Part shown: positions 22,478-35,911 of the stretch, one piece after another
Layout of the letters: every line of letters begins with the position of its first letter
Numbering within the stretch: the stretch's first letter is position 1
Assembly (NCBI GenBank): GCA_964598335.1
Contig: CAZRBL010000011.1
Coordinates: forward strand, 1,634 to 65,633
Length of the DNA: 64,000 bases
Source: an uncultured Rhodospirillales bacterium
GTDB lineage: Bacteria > Pseudomonadota > Alphaproteobacteria > CAZRBL01
Direction: 5' to 3'
Position numbers and translations under genes: made by a program
The notes under the pieces: generated by a model
Told to the model about the DNA's origin: nothing
The model's input: the letters and a program-made list of their open reading frames with translations, nothing else
Database searches by the model: none

Positions 22478-23887
22478 TTAGAGCAGGAAAACGGTGGCGA
22501 GGCCGAGAAAGGCGAGAAATCCGACGACATCGGTGACCGTGGTCAGGAAAACACTGCTCGCAATTGCCGGATCGACCTTCATGCGGTCGAGTGCGATCGG
22601 AATGATGGCGCCGAAAAAGCCGGCAACCAGCATATTGACGATCATGGCCGCAGCGATGATGGCGCCGAGCTGAGTCGAGCCGAACCAGCCGAAGGCTATG
22701 GCGCCGATCAGGATCGCAAACAGCACACCGTTGAAAAAGCCGACAGCGGTTTCCTTGCCGATCACGCGCCAGGCATTGGCTGCTGTCAGCTCCTTGGTGC
22801 TTAGCGCGCGGACGGCAACCGTGAGCGTCTGCGTCCCGGCATTGCCGCCCATGGAGGCAACGATCGGCATCAGGATTGCCAGCGCGACGAGTTGGTCGAG
22901 CGTGGCATCGAACATGCCGATGACCACCGAGGCGAGGACCGCCGTCAACAGATTGACGAACAGCCAGGAGAAACGTGACCGCGTGGTCTGCAGCACGGCT
23001 TTGTAGAGGTCACCGCTTTCGGCGCCGGCGAGGGCAAGGATGTCCTCCTCGGCCTCGAGATTGATGACCTCGACGATGTCGTCGATGGTGATGACGCCCA
23101 GCAATCGTCCGTCATCATTCACGACCGGGGCGGCGACGAGCCCGTATTGGCGGAATTTGAAGGCGACCTCTTCCTGATCGGTCTCGGGGCTGATCGCCTC
23201 GAACTCGGTTTCGCAGATATCGATCAGTCGCTGGCTGCGCCTTGACCGCAGCAACCGTGACAGGTCGACGGTGCCGGTGACCCGGTGCATCGGATCGACA
23301 ATGAACACGTCGTAAAACGTGTCCGGCAGGCCGTCAGGATCGGCCCGCATGTAATCGATGGTCTTGCCGACGGTCCAGAATTGCGGCAGCGCGATGACCT
23401 CGCGCTGAATCAGGCGCCCGGCGCTGTCCTCGGGGAAAGTCAGGCCCTGTTCGACCAGGGCGCGGACACGCCCGGACAGCAGCGTCATGATCGTGCGCTG
23501 CAAATCCTCGTCGAGGTCCTCGATCAGCTCCAGCGCATCATCGCTTTGCAGTTCATCGACGATGGCCGCGACATCGCGCGGTTCGAGCTGGCGGATCAGC
23601 TCTTCTTGTACCGAGGAATGGAGATAGGAAAAGACCTCGGCATCCAGCCGGTTCTTGAAGGTCTCGCACAGCTTGAGCCGGTGCTGCGGATCGGTCTTTT
23701 CCAGCAGATCGGCGATATCGGCGGCGTGCAACTCATCGATCAGCGGTTCGAGATGGCTGACATCGTTTTCGTCGAGCCAGCGTTCGACCTGCCGCAGATG
23801 TTCGGGCGAGATATCGTAACCGGTTGGGGCCTCGCCCTCTTCCGGCCCCGGTTCGATCTCTTTCTCTTTCGCGTTTTCCAGCGCCAC
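22478..23887 (-). CDS. mgtE: Magnesium transporter MgtE
   Basis: Acidic N-domain, CBS pair, IVASMGGNAGTQT, TTVTDVVGF. Confidence 0.96.
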   Translation of the reverse strand: MALENAKEKEIEPGPEEGEAPTGYDISPEHLRQVERWLDENDVSHLEPLIDELHAADIADLLEKTDPQHRLKLCETFKNRLDAEVFSYLHSSVQEELIRQLEPRDVAAIVDELQSDDALELIEDLDEDLQRTIMTLLSGRVRALVEQGLTFPEDSAGRLIQREVIALPQFWTVGKTIDYMRADPDGLPDTFYDVFIVDPMHRVTGTVDLSRLLRSRRSQRLIDICETEFEAISPETDQEEVAFKFRQYGLVAAPVVNDDGRLLGVITIDDIVEVINLEAEEDILALAGAESGDLYKAVLQTTRSRFSWLFVNLLTAVLASVVIGMFDATLDQLVALAILMPIVASMGGNAGTQTLTVAVRALSTKELTAANAWRVIGKETAVGFFNGVLFAILIGAIAFGWFGSTQLGAIIAAAMIVNMLVAGFFGAIIPIALDRMKVDPAIASSVFLTTVTDVVGFLAFLGLATVFLL

Positions 23888-23894
23888 GATCGAC

Positions 23895-26222
23895 CTATTG
23901 CGCGGCTGCTACGGCCTGCCCCGCCTCTGCGGCGGCGTTCCGCATGGCGGCGGCGGCCTGCGCATCGACGGCGGCAATGGCTGAAACATTGACGATGCCG
24001 CGCACCGTCACCGACGGGGTCAGAATGTGCGCCGGTTTGGCGATGCCCAGAAGGAGCGGTCCGATGCTGATACCGTCGCCGAGCACCTTGAGCAGGTTGA
24101 AGGCGATATTCGCCGCCCCAAGCGAGGGCATCATCAGCAGATTTGCTTCACCGCTGAGCATGGAATCAGGCAGGATCTGCTCTCGGATTTCCGGCGAAAT
24201 CGCGGCATCGGCATGCATTTCGCCGTCGATTTCCAGCTCAGGCGCGCGGCGCTGGATTTCCGCCAGGGCTTCCCGCATGCGCCGGGCATCGGCATCGTCA
24301 TGGGTACCGAAATTCGAATGCGAAAGCATTGCCACCTTCGGGACGATACCGAGGCGCCGGATTTGATCGGCGGCCATGAGCGTGTTTTCGGCGATGTCGA
24401 GGGCGTCGGGCTTCGGTGTGACATATGTGTCGGCGACGAAATAGGTGCCCTTGGACAGGATCAGTACCGACAGCGCGGCCGGTTTCCTGATGCCTTCGCG
24501 CAGGCCGAGGACATCGGTGACGGCCTTGAGATGTTTGGCATAGGCGCCGAAAGCGCCGCAGATCAGGGCATCGGCCTCGCCCTTATGCACCATCAGTGCG
24601 CCGATCACCGAGAAATTGCTGCGTAATTCGGTCCGGGCGATCTGGGCAGTGACACCACGTCGTTTCATCAGATCGTGATAGGCGGTCCAGTATTCCCGAT
24701 AGCGCGGATCATTCTCCGGATTGACGAAATCGAAATGCTCATAGGGGCGCAGTCGCAGCCCCAGCTTTTCGATCCGGCGGGCGATGACGTCAGGCCGGCC
24801 GATCAGGATCGGACGACCGAAGCCTTCATCGACCACGACCTGTACCGCGCGCAAAACCTTTTCCTCTTCGCCTTCGGCATAGACCAAGCGTTGCGGATTT
24901 GCCGCCGCCTGGCTCATCACCGGCTTCATCAGAAGGCCCGAGCGGAAGACAAATTGTTCCAGGCGCCGGCGATAGGCGTTGAAATCCTCGATCGGTCGCG
25001 CGGCGATACCGCTGTCCATCGCCGCCTTGGCCACGGCGGGCGCCAGTTTCAGGATCAGCCGCGGATCGAACGGTTTGGGGATCAGATGCTCGCGGCCGAA
25101 CTGCATCGGCGTGTCATCGGCTTGATAGGCGCTGGCGACGATGTCGCTCGACTCGGCCATCGCCAGATCGGCCAGCGCACGGACGCAGGCCAGTTTCATC
25201 GCCTCATTGATTTCGCTGGCGCCGACATCGAGGGCGCCGCGAAAGATGAACGGAAAGCACAGAACATTATTGACCTGATTGGGATAATCCGACCGCCCGG
25301 TCGCGATAATCGCATCAGGTCTAACCTCTTTCGCCGCGACCGGGTCGATCTCGGGGTTCGGATTCGCCAGCGCCATGATCAGCGGGTCTTCGGCCATGCC
25401 GGAGACCATCTCGGGGCTCAGCACACCGCCCACCGACAGGCCGAGAAACAGATCGGCCCCCGAGATCGCCTCGCTCAGCTGACGCGCTTCGGTATCGGCT
25501 GCGAATCCGGCCTTGCGCGAGTCCATATATTCGCTGCGGCCCCGATAAACGACGCCGACCCGGTCGGTGACAATTATATTTTCCTTGCGGATGCCGATGC
25601 CGCAGAGCAATTCGAGACATGCCATGGCGGCAGCGCCGGCGCCCGAGGTGACCATCCTGACCTCTTCCGGCCTGCGCCCGGTCAGCCTCAGCCAGTTCGT
25701 GACCGCCGCGCCGACGATGATTGCCGTGCCGTGCTGATCGTCGTGGAAGACCGGAATATTCATGCGCTGATGGCAGGCCGCCTCGACCGCGAAACATTCC
25801 GGCGCCTTGATGTCCTCAAGATTGATGCCGCCGAAACTCGGCTCGAGCGAGGCGATGATCTCGACCAGCTTGTCGGGATCGGTCTCATCGATCTCGATAT
25901 CGATCGCATCGATGCCGGCGAATTTCTTGAACAATACCGCCTTGCCTTCCATCACCGGCTTGGCCGCCAGCGGACCGATGGCGCCGAGGCCGAGCACGGC
26001 TGTGCCGTTCGTGATGACCGCGACCATATTGCCGCGCGCCGTGTATTCGCTGGCAAGCGACGGATCGGCGGCGATTTCCTCACAGGCGGCCGCAACGCCG
26101 GGGGAATAGGCGAGCGATAGATCGCGCTGGGTGGTCAGCGGCTTGGTCGCCCGGATCGCGATCTTCCCCGGTCTCGGGCTCTGGTGATAGGTCAGCGCGG
26201 CTTCGCGCAGCGTGTCGGGCAT
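23895..26222 (-). CDS. maeB: NADP-dependent malic enzyme with PTA-like domain
   Basis: [45 protein letters not shown]-terminal PTA-like domain. Confidence 0.97.
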   Translation of the reverse strand: MPDTLREAALTYHQSPRPGKIAIRATKPLTTQRDLSLAYSPGVAAACEEIAADPSLASEYTARGNMVAVITNGTAVLGLGAIGPLAAKPVMEGKAVLFKKFAGIDAIDIEIDETDPDKLVEIIASLEPSFGGINLEDIKAPECFAVEAACHQRMNIPVFHDDQHGTAIIVGAAVTNWLRLTGRRPEEVRMVTSGAGAAAMACLELLCGIGIRKENIIVTDRVGVVYRGRSEYMDSRKAGFAADTEARQLSEAISGADLFLGLSVGGVLSPEMVSGMAEDPLIMALANPNPEIDPVAAKEVRPDAIIATGRSDYPNQVNNVLCFPFIFRGALDVGASEINEAMKLACVRALADLAMAESSDIVASAYQADDTPMQFGREHLIPKPFDPRLILKLAPAVAKAAMDSGIAARPIEDFNAYRRRLEQFVFRSGLLMKPVMSQAAANPQRLVYAEGEEEKVLRAVQVVVDEGFGRPILIGRPDVIARRIEKLGLRLRPYEHFDFVNPENDPRYREYWTAYHDLMKRRGVTAQIARTELRSNFSVIGALMVHKGEADALICGAFGAYAKHLKAVTDVLGLREGIRKPAALSVLILSKGTYFVADTYVTPKPDALDIAENTLMAADQIRRLGIVPKVAMLSHSNFGTHDDADARRMREALAEIQRRAPELEIDGEMHADAAISPEIREQILPDSMLSGEANLLMMPSLGAANIAFNLLKVLGDGISIGPLLLGIAKPAHILTPSVTVRGIVNVSAIAAVDAQAAAAMRNAAAEAGQAVAAAQ

Positions 26223-26317
26223 GGACAGGGTTCCGGCTCGGATGATCCCCAAGCGATGTTGGATATCTGCCGGAATGTAAAGGGCTGTAAGCGCGGCGGG
26301 TCAGACTGTGCCTGCGC

Positions 26318-27064
26318 TTACCCCACCCCCATACCGCCGTCGATCGGCACCACCAAACCGGTCAGATAGGCGGCCGCGTCGCTTAGCAGAAAGGCGACGG
26401 TCTCGGCGACATCACTGCCCGTGCCCAGCCGCTTTAGCGGCACCGTCGCCGCCAGCGCCTCGGCCTGATCGCCGAGTTTCGCCATCCAGGCGTCGGTCGC
26501 GATATAGCCGGGCGCGATGACATTGACGCGGATGCCGTGCGGACCATTCTCGGCCGCTGCGGTCTGCGCCAGGATGATGGCGGCGGCCTTGGCCGCGGAA
26601 TAAATGCCGATGGTCGGGATGCCCTTGATGCCGCTGCGGGCGCTGTTGATGACGACAGACCCGCCGCCGCTTTCACGCAACAGCGGGATCTGGCTGCGCA
26701 AGGTATGAAACACCCCGGCGGCATTTACCGCCATGGTGTCGGCAAAGGCGGCCGGATCGGCTTCGTGCAGCGCCCCGAAGCCAAGGATCTTGCCGGCGTT
26801 ATTGAAGGCGCAATCGAGCCGGCCGAAATCGCGTTCGATGAACTGCGCCAGCGCGGCGCATTGCGCATAATCGGTGACATCGGCGGCAAAGCCCTGCGCC
26901 CTGCCGCCCGCGTCGCGGATTTCCGCCGCGAGCTCATCGCAGGCATCCTGCCGCCGCGACGCGACGATGACGGTGCCGCCGCGTGCTGCAAGCAGCCTTG
27001 CGGTGTCACGCCCCATGCCGGTGCTGGCGCCGGTTACGACACAGATTTTGCCGTCAAAGCTCAC
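26318..27064 (-). CDS. Short-chain dehydrogenase/reductase
   Basis: TGASTGMG, NNAG, YSAAK, IRVNVIAPG. Confidence 0.92.
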   Translation of the reverse strand: MSFDGKICVVTGASTGMGRDTARLLAARGGTVIVASRRQDACDELAAEIRDAGGRAQGFAADVTDYAQCAALAQFIERDFGRLDCAFNNAGKILGFGALHEADPAAFADTMAVNAAGVFHTLRSQIPLLRESGGGSVVINSARSGIKGIPTIGIYSAAKAAAIILAQTAAAENGPHGIRVNVIAPGYIATDAWMAKLGDQAEALAATVPLKRLGTGSDVAETVAFLLSDAAAYLTGLVVPIDGGMGVG

Positions 27065-28026
27065 GCCTGGACAAACTCAAAGAGTTCTTCATTGGGGCCG
27101 CAAGCGAGCATCACCGTCTCGGTCTTGCCGTCGCGCTCGATCTCCGTCGGTTTGGTCATGATCGGGTATCCGGCGGCCTCTATGCGCCCGGCCAGGGCAT
27201 CGATGTCCGGCGTGCTGTGCGACAGCAGGCTGAAGCCGAGATGGCCTGGCTTCATGCGGCCCTTCAGACGTTTTCTCTCCATGCCGGCGAATTCGATCGT
27301 CAGGTATTTGCCGCTGGGTTCGCCCTCACCGGCCCAGACCAGCCAATCGATGCCGGTTCCGGCGGTGCCCGTCAGCTTGTTCGCCAAATCGACATTTTCG
27401 GGATCGCTGACCTCGTCGACCAGCAATTGCAGACCCAGCACATCGCCGTAGAACGCCCTGGTTCTGTTGAGGTCTTCAGCGATGATGGAGATCGTGGCGA
27501 TTTCGCTGTAATCGACCCCGTCAAGGCAGCCGGGCCGGAGATGGTCATCGCGATGCTTGTGACCGACCATCAACAGGATCGGGACGCCGTCCGGACCCCA
27601 GAAGACAAACTCCTCACTGATCATGTCGCCGACCTGATGGGTGACCGGTTCGGCGCGGGTCGGCCAGCCTTCGGCGACAAGCGCGTCATAGATCGGACGG
27701 ATCGGGTCATCGACATAGAAATCAATGGCCTTGGGGCCGATATCGGCAGGGCCGTCATGCGTTCCCGGCCCATCGTGGATACGGACCTTCTGCGTTGCGG
27801 CGGGGGTGTACTGCGCCAGCCGCAGCTTACCGGCGGGGTGGCCCTTATTGGACAACTCAACCAGCCGGATGGCTGTTTCCGGCGGCAGGCCCCAGGCGGC
27901 GATCAGCGACGGCGAGGCGGCATAGTCCCGCTCAATGCTCAGCGCCATCTTGCCGTGAAAAAGGGCCAGGGCTGCAGCCATATCGCTGACGCCGACGGTG
28001 CAATACTCAATCGCCGATACAGCCAC
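27061..28026 (-). CDS. Tandem VOC/glyoxalase-family protein
   Basis: Two VOC-like halves (VGVSDMAAALALF; IIAEDLNRTRAFYGDVLGL; GPNEELFEFV); overlaps the SDR start. Confidence 0.7.
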   Translation of the reverse strand: MAVSAIEYCTVGVSDMAAALALFHGKMALSIERDYAASPSLIAAWGLPPETAIRLVELSNKGHPAGKLRLAQYTPAATQKVRIHDGPGTHDGPADIGPKAIDFYVDDPIRPIYDALVAEGWPTRAEPVTHQVGDMISEEFVFWGPDGVPILLMVGHKHRDDHLRPGCLDGVDYSEIATISIIAEDLNRTRAFYGDVLGLQLLVDEVSDPENVDLANKLTGTAGTGIDWLVWAGEGEPSGKYLTIEFAGMERKRLKGRMKPGHLGFSLLSHSTPDIDALAGRIEAAGYPIMTKPTEIERDGKTETVMLACGPNEELFEFVQA

Positions 28027-28083
28027 CGCTTATCTCCTGAAAATGTTGCATCACCAGCGTGGCAAGGAATGCGTCACTGATGC

Positions 28084-28172
28084 TGGTGCGGCCGAGAAGA
28101 CTCGAACTTCCACGGGATTTAACTCCCACAGCGACCTCAACGCTGCGCGTCTACCAATTCCGCCACGGCCGC
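28084..28172 (-). tRNA. tRNA-Leu (anticodon GAG)
   Basis: Minus strand GCGGCCGTGGCGGAATTGGTAGACGCG-CAGCG-TTGAGGT-CGCTG...GTTCGAGTC..CGGCCGCACCA; long variable arm; encoded CCA. Confidence 0.96.
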
Positions 28173-28289
28173 AATCCATGTCGGGGAAGCGATGCAGGTA
28201 GCAAAGCGCCGGGCTGTTATCAAGCAGTGGCACCTGCAGATAGCCGGTCCATATTCTGCTTCGTCACTTGAACGGAGGCACCGCCTGTC

Positions 28290-29483
28290 ATGTCAAAGCT
28301 TCGCACCGGCCTGCTTTTCTGCGCCGCGCTTGCTGTCCCCACGCTCTCGACCCTGGCTGCGGCGAGCGAGACGCTCGTCTCCCGCGGCGGCCGCATCCCG
28401 GTAGTGAGCGGCGTTGAGATCGTTACCCAGGCGACGGGGCTTGAGCGTCCCTGGGCGATTGCCTGGCTGCCCGATGGGCGCGCCGTCATCACCCAGAAGA
28501 AGGGCAGTCTGCGCCTGCTCAATCAGGACGGAACCCTTGATCCGGCTGAAATCGCGTTTCCTGTCGCGGTCACCGGGGGCGGTGAATCCTGGGGGCAGGG
28601 CGGTTTGCTGGATGTCGCGCTGCATCCGGACTACGCGGAAAACGGCTGGCTGTATTTCACCTATTCGACGGGTGATCCATCCGCCAATCGCACGGCGGTC
28701 GGTCGGGCTCGGCTCGAGGATGGTGCGCTGACCGGATTTGAGGAAATCTGGGAAAATCCGGATGACAAGCGCAGCGGCGCCCATTTCGGCTCGCGGCTGC
28801 TGTTTCTGGACGACGGCAGCCTGTTGGTCAGCATCGGTGATGGCGGTAATCCGCCGATTATGTTCGACGGCGACGAGATCCGGAAACAGGCGCAGAATCC
28901 TGCTACCGCATTCGGCAGCGTTATCCGGCTGAACGATGACGGCAGCGTGCCCGAAGACAATCCCTTCGCCGGCGATGAGGAGGTTCTGGCCGAGATGTGG
29001 AGCTTTGGTCACCGAAACATTCAGGGCATGGCGATCGACCCGGAGACCGGGGCGATCTGGGCCAATGAGCATGGCGCTGGCGGCGGCGACGAGTTGAACC
29101 GGCTCGAGGCCGGCAAGAATTATGGCTGGCCCGCCGTCACCTTTGCCCGCAATTATCGCGACGGGTCGCTGATCGCAGATGCCATCGACGGTCCCGAATT
29201 CACGGCGCCGACCGTCGTCTGGCTCGACACCAACGCACCCTCGGGCCTGCTGGTCTATCGCGGCGAGGCCTTTGCCGATTGGGACGGCATGATCCTGTCC
29301 GGCGGTCTGGTGACACAGGATTTGCGCCTGATATCGCTGGCCGAAGACGGCGGTCGCCCGAGCGAGCAGCGGCTGCCGATCGGCCACCGCGTGCGCGATG
29401 TCCGCCTCGGCCCGGACGGTCAGCTTTATGTGCTCACCGATGGTGAGGAGGCGCGGCTGCTCCGCCTGACACCGGCTCCCTAA
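28290..29483 (+). CDS. PQQ-dependent sugar/sorbosone dehydrogenase (beta-propeller)
   Basis: Signal peptide; GLERPWAIAWLPDG, HFGSRL, SFGHRNIQG, EHG..GGDELN, NYGWP, RVRDV. Confidence 0.92.
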   Translation: MSKLRTGLLFCAALAVPTLSTLAAASETLVSRGGRIPVVSGVEIVTQATGLERPWAIAWLPDGRAVITQKKGSLRLLNQDGTLDPAEIAFPVAVTGGGESWGQGGLLDVALHPDYAENGWLYFTYSTGDPSANRTAVGRARLEDGALTGFEEIWENPDDKRSGAHFGSRLLFLDDGSLLVSIGDGGNPPIMFDGDEIRKQAQNPATAFGSVIRLNDDGSVPEDNPFAGDEEVLAEMWSFGHRNIQGMAIDPETGAIWANEHGAGGGDELNRLEAGKNYGWPAVTFARNYRDGSLIADAIDGPEFTAPTVVWLDTNAPSGLLVYRGEAFADWDGMILSGGLVTQDLRLISLAEDGGRPSEQRLPIGHRVRDVRLGPDGQLYVLTDGEEARLLRLTPAP

Positions 29484-30880
29484 TGCGATAACGAGGGAGA
29501 ACGGGCGCGCAGCTTCGCGAGAAGGCTAGCGAGCGCCGGGATCAGCAATAACGGTAAAGTCGCCGGTGCGGGGATTGCCGGGATGACATATTCCAGCGTG
29601 ACAGAGGCTGATGCCCCGGCGCGGTCGGTGACGGTGATGTCGATCAGATAGCTCTGATTGCCGCGGCCGCCGAAGATCGCGAGAATCGTCTCGTCGTCCA
29701 GCGTGCCGCCGACATTCTGGAAAACATCGGTCGAAGCCGGGTCGGTGACTCCCTCGAGAAGGGTGTGCACAACCTCCCCGTCATCATAGGTCACCGCCCA
29801 GCTCAGCTGCTCGAATCCCTCGAGCTCGGCATTGGCCAGCATGTCATATTCGGTGAAGGTGGCGCCGATTGAGCGCGTGCGCGGTGGTTGCAGAGGCGGC
29901 GCGAAGAGAGGCGGGAATGGCGCCGAGTTCTGATAGAAGGCGGTCGTCCGTGCCTGTGCGGTGTCGGCGCTGCTCAGCCCCTCGGCATCCGTTGCGGTCA
30001 GCCGCCACTCGACCTCGGCATCGGTATCGCTTGCATCAAGCCGCGGTCGCGTGATGCCGGAGGAGGCGAGGGTGATCAGACCGTCCGGACCCGGCTGCGC
30101 GGTGAAATCGATCGGCGGGTAGCCGGGCGATTGCAGCGCGGCGCCGTCGCTGACCCGCGTCCAGCTATAGCCGGTTATGTCGCCATTGGGGTCGCTCGCA
30201 CTGCCGTCTACTGAAGCGGTGAGGTTGAAGGCATCGAATGGCTGATTGATGCTGGCGGTCGAAACAGTGGGCGGCGTTTGAGAAATGACGCCGGTCAGCG
30301 TCAGGCTCACACTGTTCAGGCGCGCATCGTCCGAATAAGACATCCGCATATCCCCGATGCCGGTCGTGCCATAGGACAGATCATTAAAGCTGCCGAAGAA
30401 TTCAGCCAGAATTTCAGCGCTGGTGAAACCGGCATCGCCGCTGCCGAGGATTGATTCATTGTTCCAATCCGCCGCCTGCCGGACTTGACCGGTGCGCAGT
30501 TGGGGAGCGCTTGAATTCACATCGCTATGCGTGATCCTGACGGCATCGCCGGTCAGATAGTTCTGGCTGCCTGCGAATCTGTCCATCGAGAAACTGGCGC
30601 CGGTAATGACGTCCACGGCAAGAAATTGCGCATAATTCGGATCATTCTTGAAATCGAAGATCCACCGCGTGCAGTCATTGACGCCGTCTACCGAGCCGCC
30701 CTGGCTCCCTCCGCAAATGTTTGAGCCGGATTCGTTCAGACGGTCTCGCTGCGCGATGCCCGTATTCGTGACGCGCTGGGTTAGGCTTGCCGTCACCGAG
30801 ACTGTCGTCGCCTGCGCTGCAATGGTCGCACCGACCGACATCCAGATTACCGCAAAAAGCGCGATGGCTGCTCGTGCCAT
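29480..30880 (-). CDS. Secreted protein with PKD-like domains and PEP-CTERM/VPLPA-like sorting tail
   Basis: Signal peptide; SASDPNGDITGYSW..LTATDAEG; ends IPAPATLPLLLIPALASLLAKLRARS. Confidence 0.7.
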   Translation of the reverse strand: MARAAIALFAVIWMSVGATIAAQATTVSVTASLTQRVTNTGIAQRDRLNESGSNICGGSQGGSVDGVNDCTRWIFDFKNDPNYAQFLAVDVITGASFSMDRFAGSQNYLTGDAVRITHSDVNSSAPQLRTGQVRQAADWNNESILGSGDAGFTSAEILAEFFGSFNDLSYGTTGIGDMRMSYSDDARLNSVSLTLTGVISQTPPTVSTASINQPFDAFNLTASVDGSASDPNGDITGYSWTRVSDGAALQSPGYPPIDFTAQPGPDGLITLASSGITRPRLDASDTDAEVEWRLTATDAEGLSSADTAQARTTAFYQNSAPFPPLFAPPLQPPRTRSIGATFTEYDMLANAELEGFEQLSWAVTYDDGEVVHTLLEGVTDPASTDVFQNVGGTLDDETILAIFGGRGNQSYLIDITVTDRAGASASVTLEYVIPAIPAPATLPLLLIPALASLLAKLRARSPSLSH

Positions 30881-31021
30881 GGAAACTCCCCGATCCTCAG
30901 GCTTAACGTCCATGTAATAGCTTACGCTTGGGCAATTGTCTCCTGCTTTTAATGCTATTGGTCGGCGTCACTATCGCCGCTATAGGCTGCCTCACGCTCG
31001 ATCCCCCCAGAACCGGCCGTT

Positions 31022-32149
31022 ATGGGCATTGTATACTCGCTGTCGCTGACAGCCTTTCGCAATTACACACAAGCGCTTCTCGACCTGCCGAGGGATCCGC
31101 CGCCGCTCATCGTCCTTACCGGCCCGAACGGCGCCGGCAAGACCAATCTGCTCGAGGCGATCAGCCTGCTGGTGCCGGGGCGGGGGCTGCGCAATGCGCG
31201 GCTGGGCGAGGTGCAGAATGTCGCCGAACCGCGCCCTTGGGCGGTGTTCGCGCGCGGGCACGGCCTGTCCGGCGATTTCTCGATTGGCACCGGCCGCGAC
31301 CCGGACGCCGCCACCGAGCGCCGGGTTGTGCGCATCAACGGGCAGAATGCTGCGGGCCAGACGGCATTGGCAGACCATGTGACGGCCATCTGGCTGACGC
31401 CGCAAATGGACGGGTTGTTTCGCGACGGCGCGAGCGAGCGGCGACGTTATCTCGACCGCTTGGTCTTCGGGCTCGACCCGGCGCATGCCGGGCGGGTCAG
31501 CCGTTATGACAAGCTGCTGCGGGAACGCAGCCGCCTGTTGCGCGAGGGCGGCGCCGATGATGCCTGGCTGACGGCATTGGAGGGCAATCTCGCCGAAACC
31601 GGTCTCGCCATCGCCGCGGCCCGGCGCCAATTGGTGCAGGCGCTGGCCGCCGCTTGCGATCGGGCGCAAGGGCCGTTTCCCAAACCCATGATCGCGCTCG
31701 ATGGCTGGTTGGAGACGGCATTGGCTGAACAGCCCGCCTTGAGTGTTGAGGATGGCTATCGGGCGGCTCTGGCCGAAGGACGCCGCCGCGATGCCGAAAC
31801 AGGCGGCGCGATGCACGGGCCGCACCGCAGCGATCTGCGGGTAGGTCATGCGGCCAAGGATATGCCCGCTGCGCTGTGCTCGACCGGCGAGCAGAAGGCG
31901 CTGTTGATCGCACTGACCCTGGCCAATGCACGGATGCTGACCGCCGAACGCGGCGGCGCGCCTCTGATGCTGCTCGATGAGGTGGTGGCGCATCTGGACG
32001 GAGAACGGCGGGCGGCGCTGTTTGACCAGCTGGCCGCGCTTGGCAGTCAATGCTGGCTCACCGGCACCGATCCGGCACTGTTCGACATGCCGTCCGGCGA
32101 CGCTATATTCTTTATCGTATCGGAGGGCAGGGTTACGCCCGGCTCCTAG
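31022..32149 (+). CDS. recF: DNA replication/repair protein RecF
   Basis: GPNGAGKTNLLEAI, CSTGEQKALL, LLDEVVAHLD. Confidence 0.96.
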   Translation: MGIVYSLSLTAFRNYTQALLDLPRDPPPLIVLTGPNGAGKTNLLEAISLLVPGRGLRNARLGEVQNVAEPRPWAVFARGHGLSGDFSIGTGRDPDAATERRVVRINGQNAAGQTALADHVTAIWLTPQMDGLFRDGASERRRYLDRLVFGLDPAHAGRVSRYDKLLRERSRLLREGGADDAWLTALEGNLAETGLAIAAARRQLVQALAAACDRAQGPFPKPMIALDGWLETALAEQPALSVEDGYRAALAEGRRRDAETGGAMHGPHRSDLRVGHAAKDMPAALCSTGEQKALLIALTLANARMLTAERGGAPLMLLDEVVAHLDGERRAALFDQLAALGSQCWLTGTDPALFDMPSGDAIFFIVSEGRVTPGS

Positions 32150-32191
32150 CCCCGATGCGAAGATGCGAAATCGCCGCACTCTGTGCTATGA

Positions 32192-34696
<2,505 letters not shown>

Positions 34697-34774
34697 GTCG
34701 GCCCCGGGAGAGGCTCAAGCGGCAGAACGACTCCGACCGAAGCGACTCCGACACGAACGAAGCTGAGAGTATCG

Positions 34775-35548
34775 ATGAGCATTCTCTATCACTGGGCGGC
34801 CCTGATGCTGAAAGAACGGCAATTGGTGGCACGTTTCGATCCGGGCGCGGATATCGACGATCTTGCCGCCGTTACCGGCTCGGCCTCCGACCCCGGCGCC
34901 GATCTGAAGTCGGTTCGCGGCATGAATGCCGATCTGGTCGACGGCCTGCTTGATATCCGGCTTGAGCGCGCGAATACCGCCAAAGCCCTGTTGATGAAGA
35001 GCGAAGATGCCGCGCCGGCCTCGCATTTCGCGCTGGTCGACAGGGACCCGACCCTGCGTAATGCGCTGCTGAATGATGTCAACTACGCGGATCGCCGGGC
35101 CAAGTCCGGCATCCCGCATGAGGCGGCGCAGGATTATATTGCGCTCTCGGCGGCGGTTTATCCGACGGCCTGGTTCCCCGATTATACCTCCGGCGCACTG
35201 TCCGTGCTGGCAGAGAATGAGAAGGTCATGGCCGGGTTTGCCGCCTATGACCCTGAAACGGCGATGGAGCTGGCGGATTTCGTGGCTGAGCAAAGCGATC
35301 GTTCGGCGCTTGAGAATCTGCCGGCCGATCTCCGCGCCGAACGTTTTGTCGAGGCGCATCGCCGGATCCGCGATGCCTGGGATGCCGAGGATTTACCGGC
35401 CGAATGGATGAACCGCGGCAAGACCATGTTCGAGGCGATCGATAAGGCGCTCAGCCTTGTTGCCGGGCCCGATGGCGGTAAGCCCAAGGCGACGGTTCGG
35501 CCCAAGCCGTCCTCCGATAAGACGGTCGGGCCGCCTCCCAGCCCCTGA
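34775..35548 (+). CDS. Hypothetical all-alpha protein with Pro/Lys-rich tail
   Basis: 257-aa ORF filling the gap after gyrB; ends KPKATVRPKPSSDKTVGPPPSP. Confidence 0.65.
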   Translation: MSILYHWAALMLKERQLVARFDPGADIDDLAAVTGSASDPGADLKSVRGMNADLVDGLLDIRLERANTAKALLMKSEDAAPASHFALVDRDPTLRNALLNDVNYADRRAKSGIPHEAAQDYIALSAAVYPTAWFPDYTSGALSVLAENEKVMAGFAAYDPETAMELADFVAEQSDRSALENLPADLRAERFVEAHRRIRDAWDAEDLPAEWMNRGKTMFEAIDKALSLVAGPDGGKPKATVRPKPSSDKTVGPPPSP

Positions 35549-35575
35549 TACGCTTATTTTTCACGCTGCTGCGTT

Positions 35576-35905
35576 GTGATGCTGCCGGCTGTCCCGCCAG
35601 AAGCGCTGCGCTGCCTGCATGCTCTGTTTCGCGGCGGCCTCGGTTCATCGCCGAGTCTGGATCTGTTCCATCACTGTGAACAGGTTTTCATCGATATCGG
35701 TATCTATGATGAGCGAACGATGACCGCCGCCGTCGCCCGCTATCTTGCCATGGGCACGGTGATCGAGGAGCTGGCGCCCGATATCGGCGGCGATCCGGAA
35801 ACGCATGAATGGATGCTGGTCATCGCCGCCAGCCAGCCGCTGGTCGGCGGTGTCGGATCGCTGCGCTTCGATGCCGACGCCTTTCGCCGGGCGATGGGGC
35901 TGTGA
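35576..35905 (+). CDS. Hypothetical protein
   Basis: 109-aa ORF filling the space between neighbouring genes; no recognised motif; weak RBS. Confidence 0.45.
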   Translation: MMLPAVPPEALRCLHALFRGGLGSSPSLDLFHHCEQVFIDIGIYDERTMTAAVARYLAMGTVIEELAPDIGGDPETHEWMLVIAASQPLVGGVGSLRFDADAFRRAMGL

Positions 35906-35911
35906 ATCCGC

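Noticed and set aside
26318-28172. Genomic island integrated at tRNA-Leu
   Set aside because: No integrase and no duplicated tRNA 3' end found; neighbours are ordinary metabolic genes.
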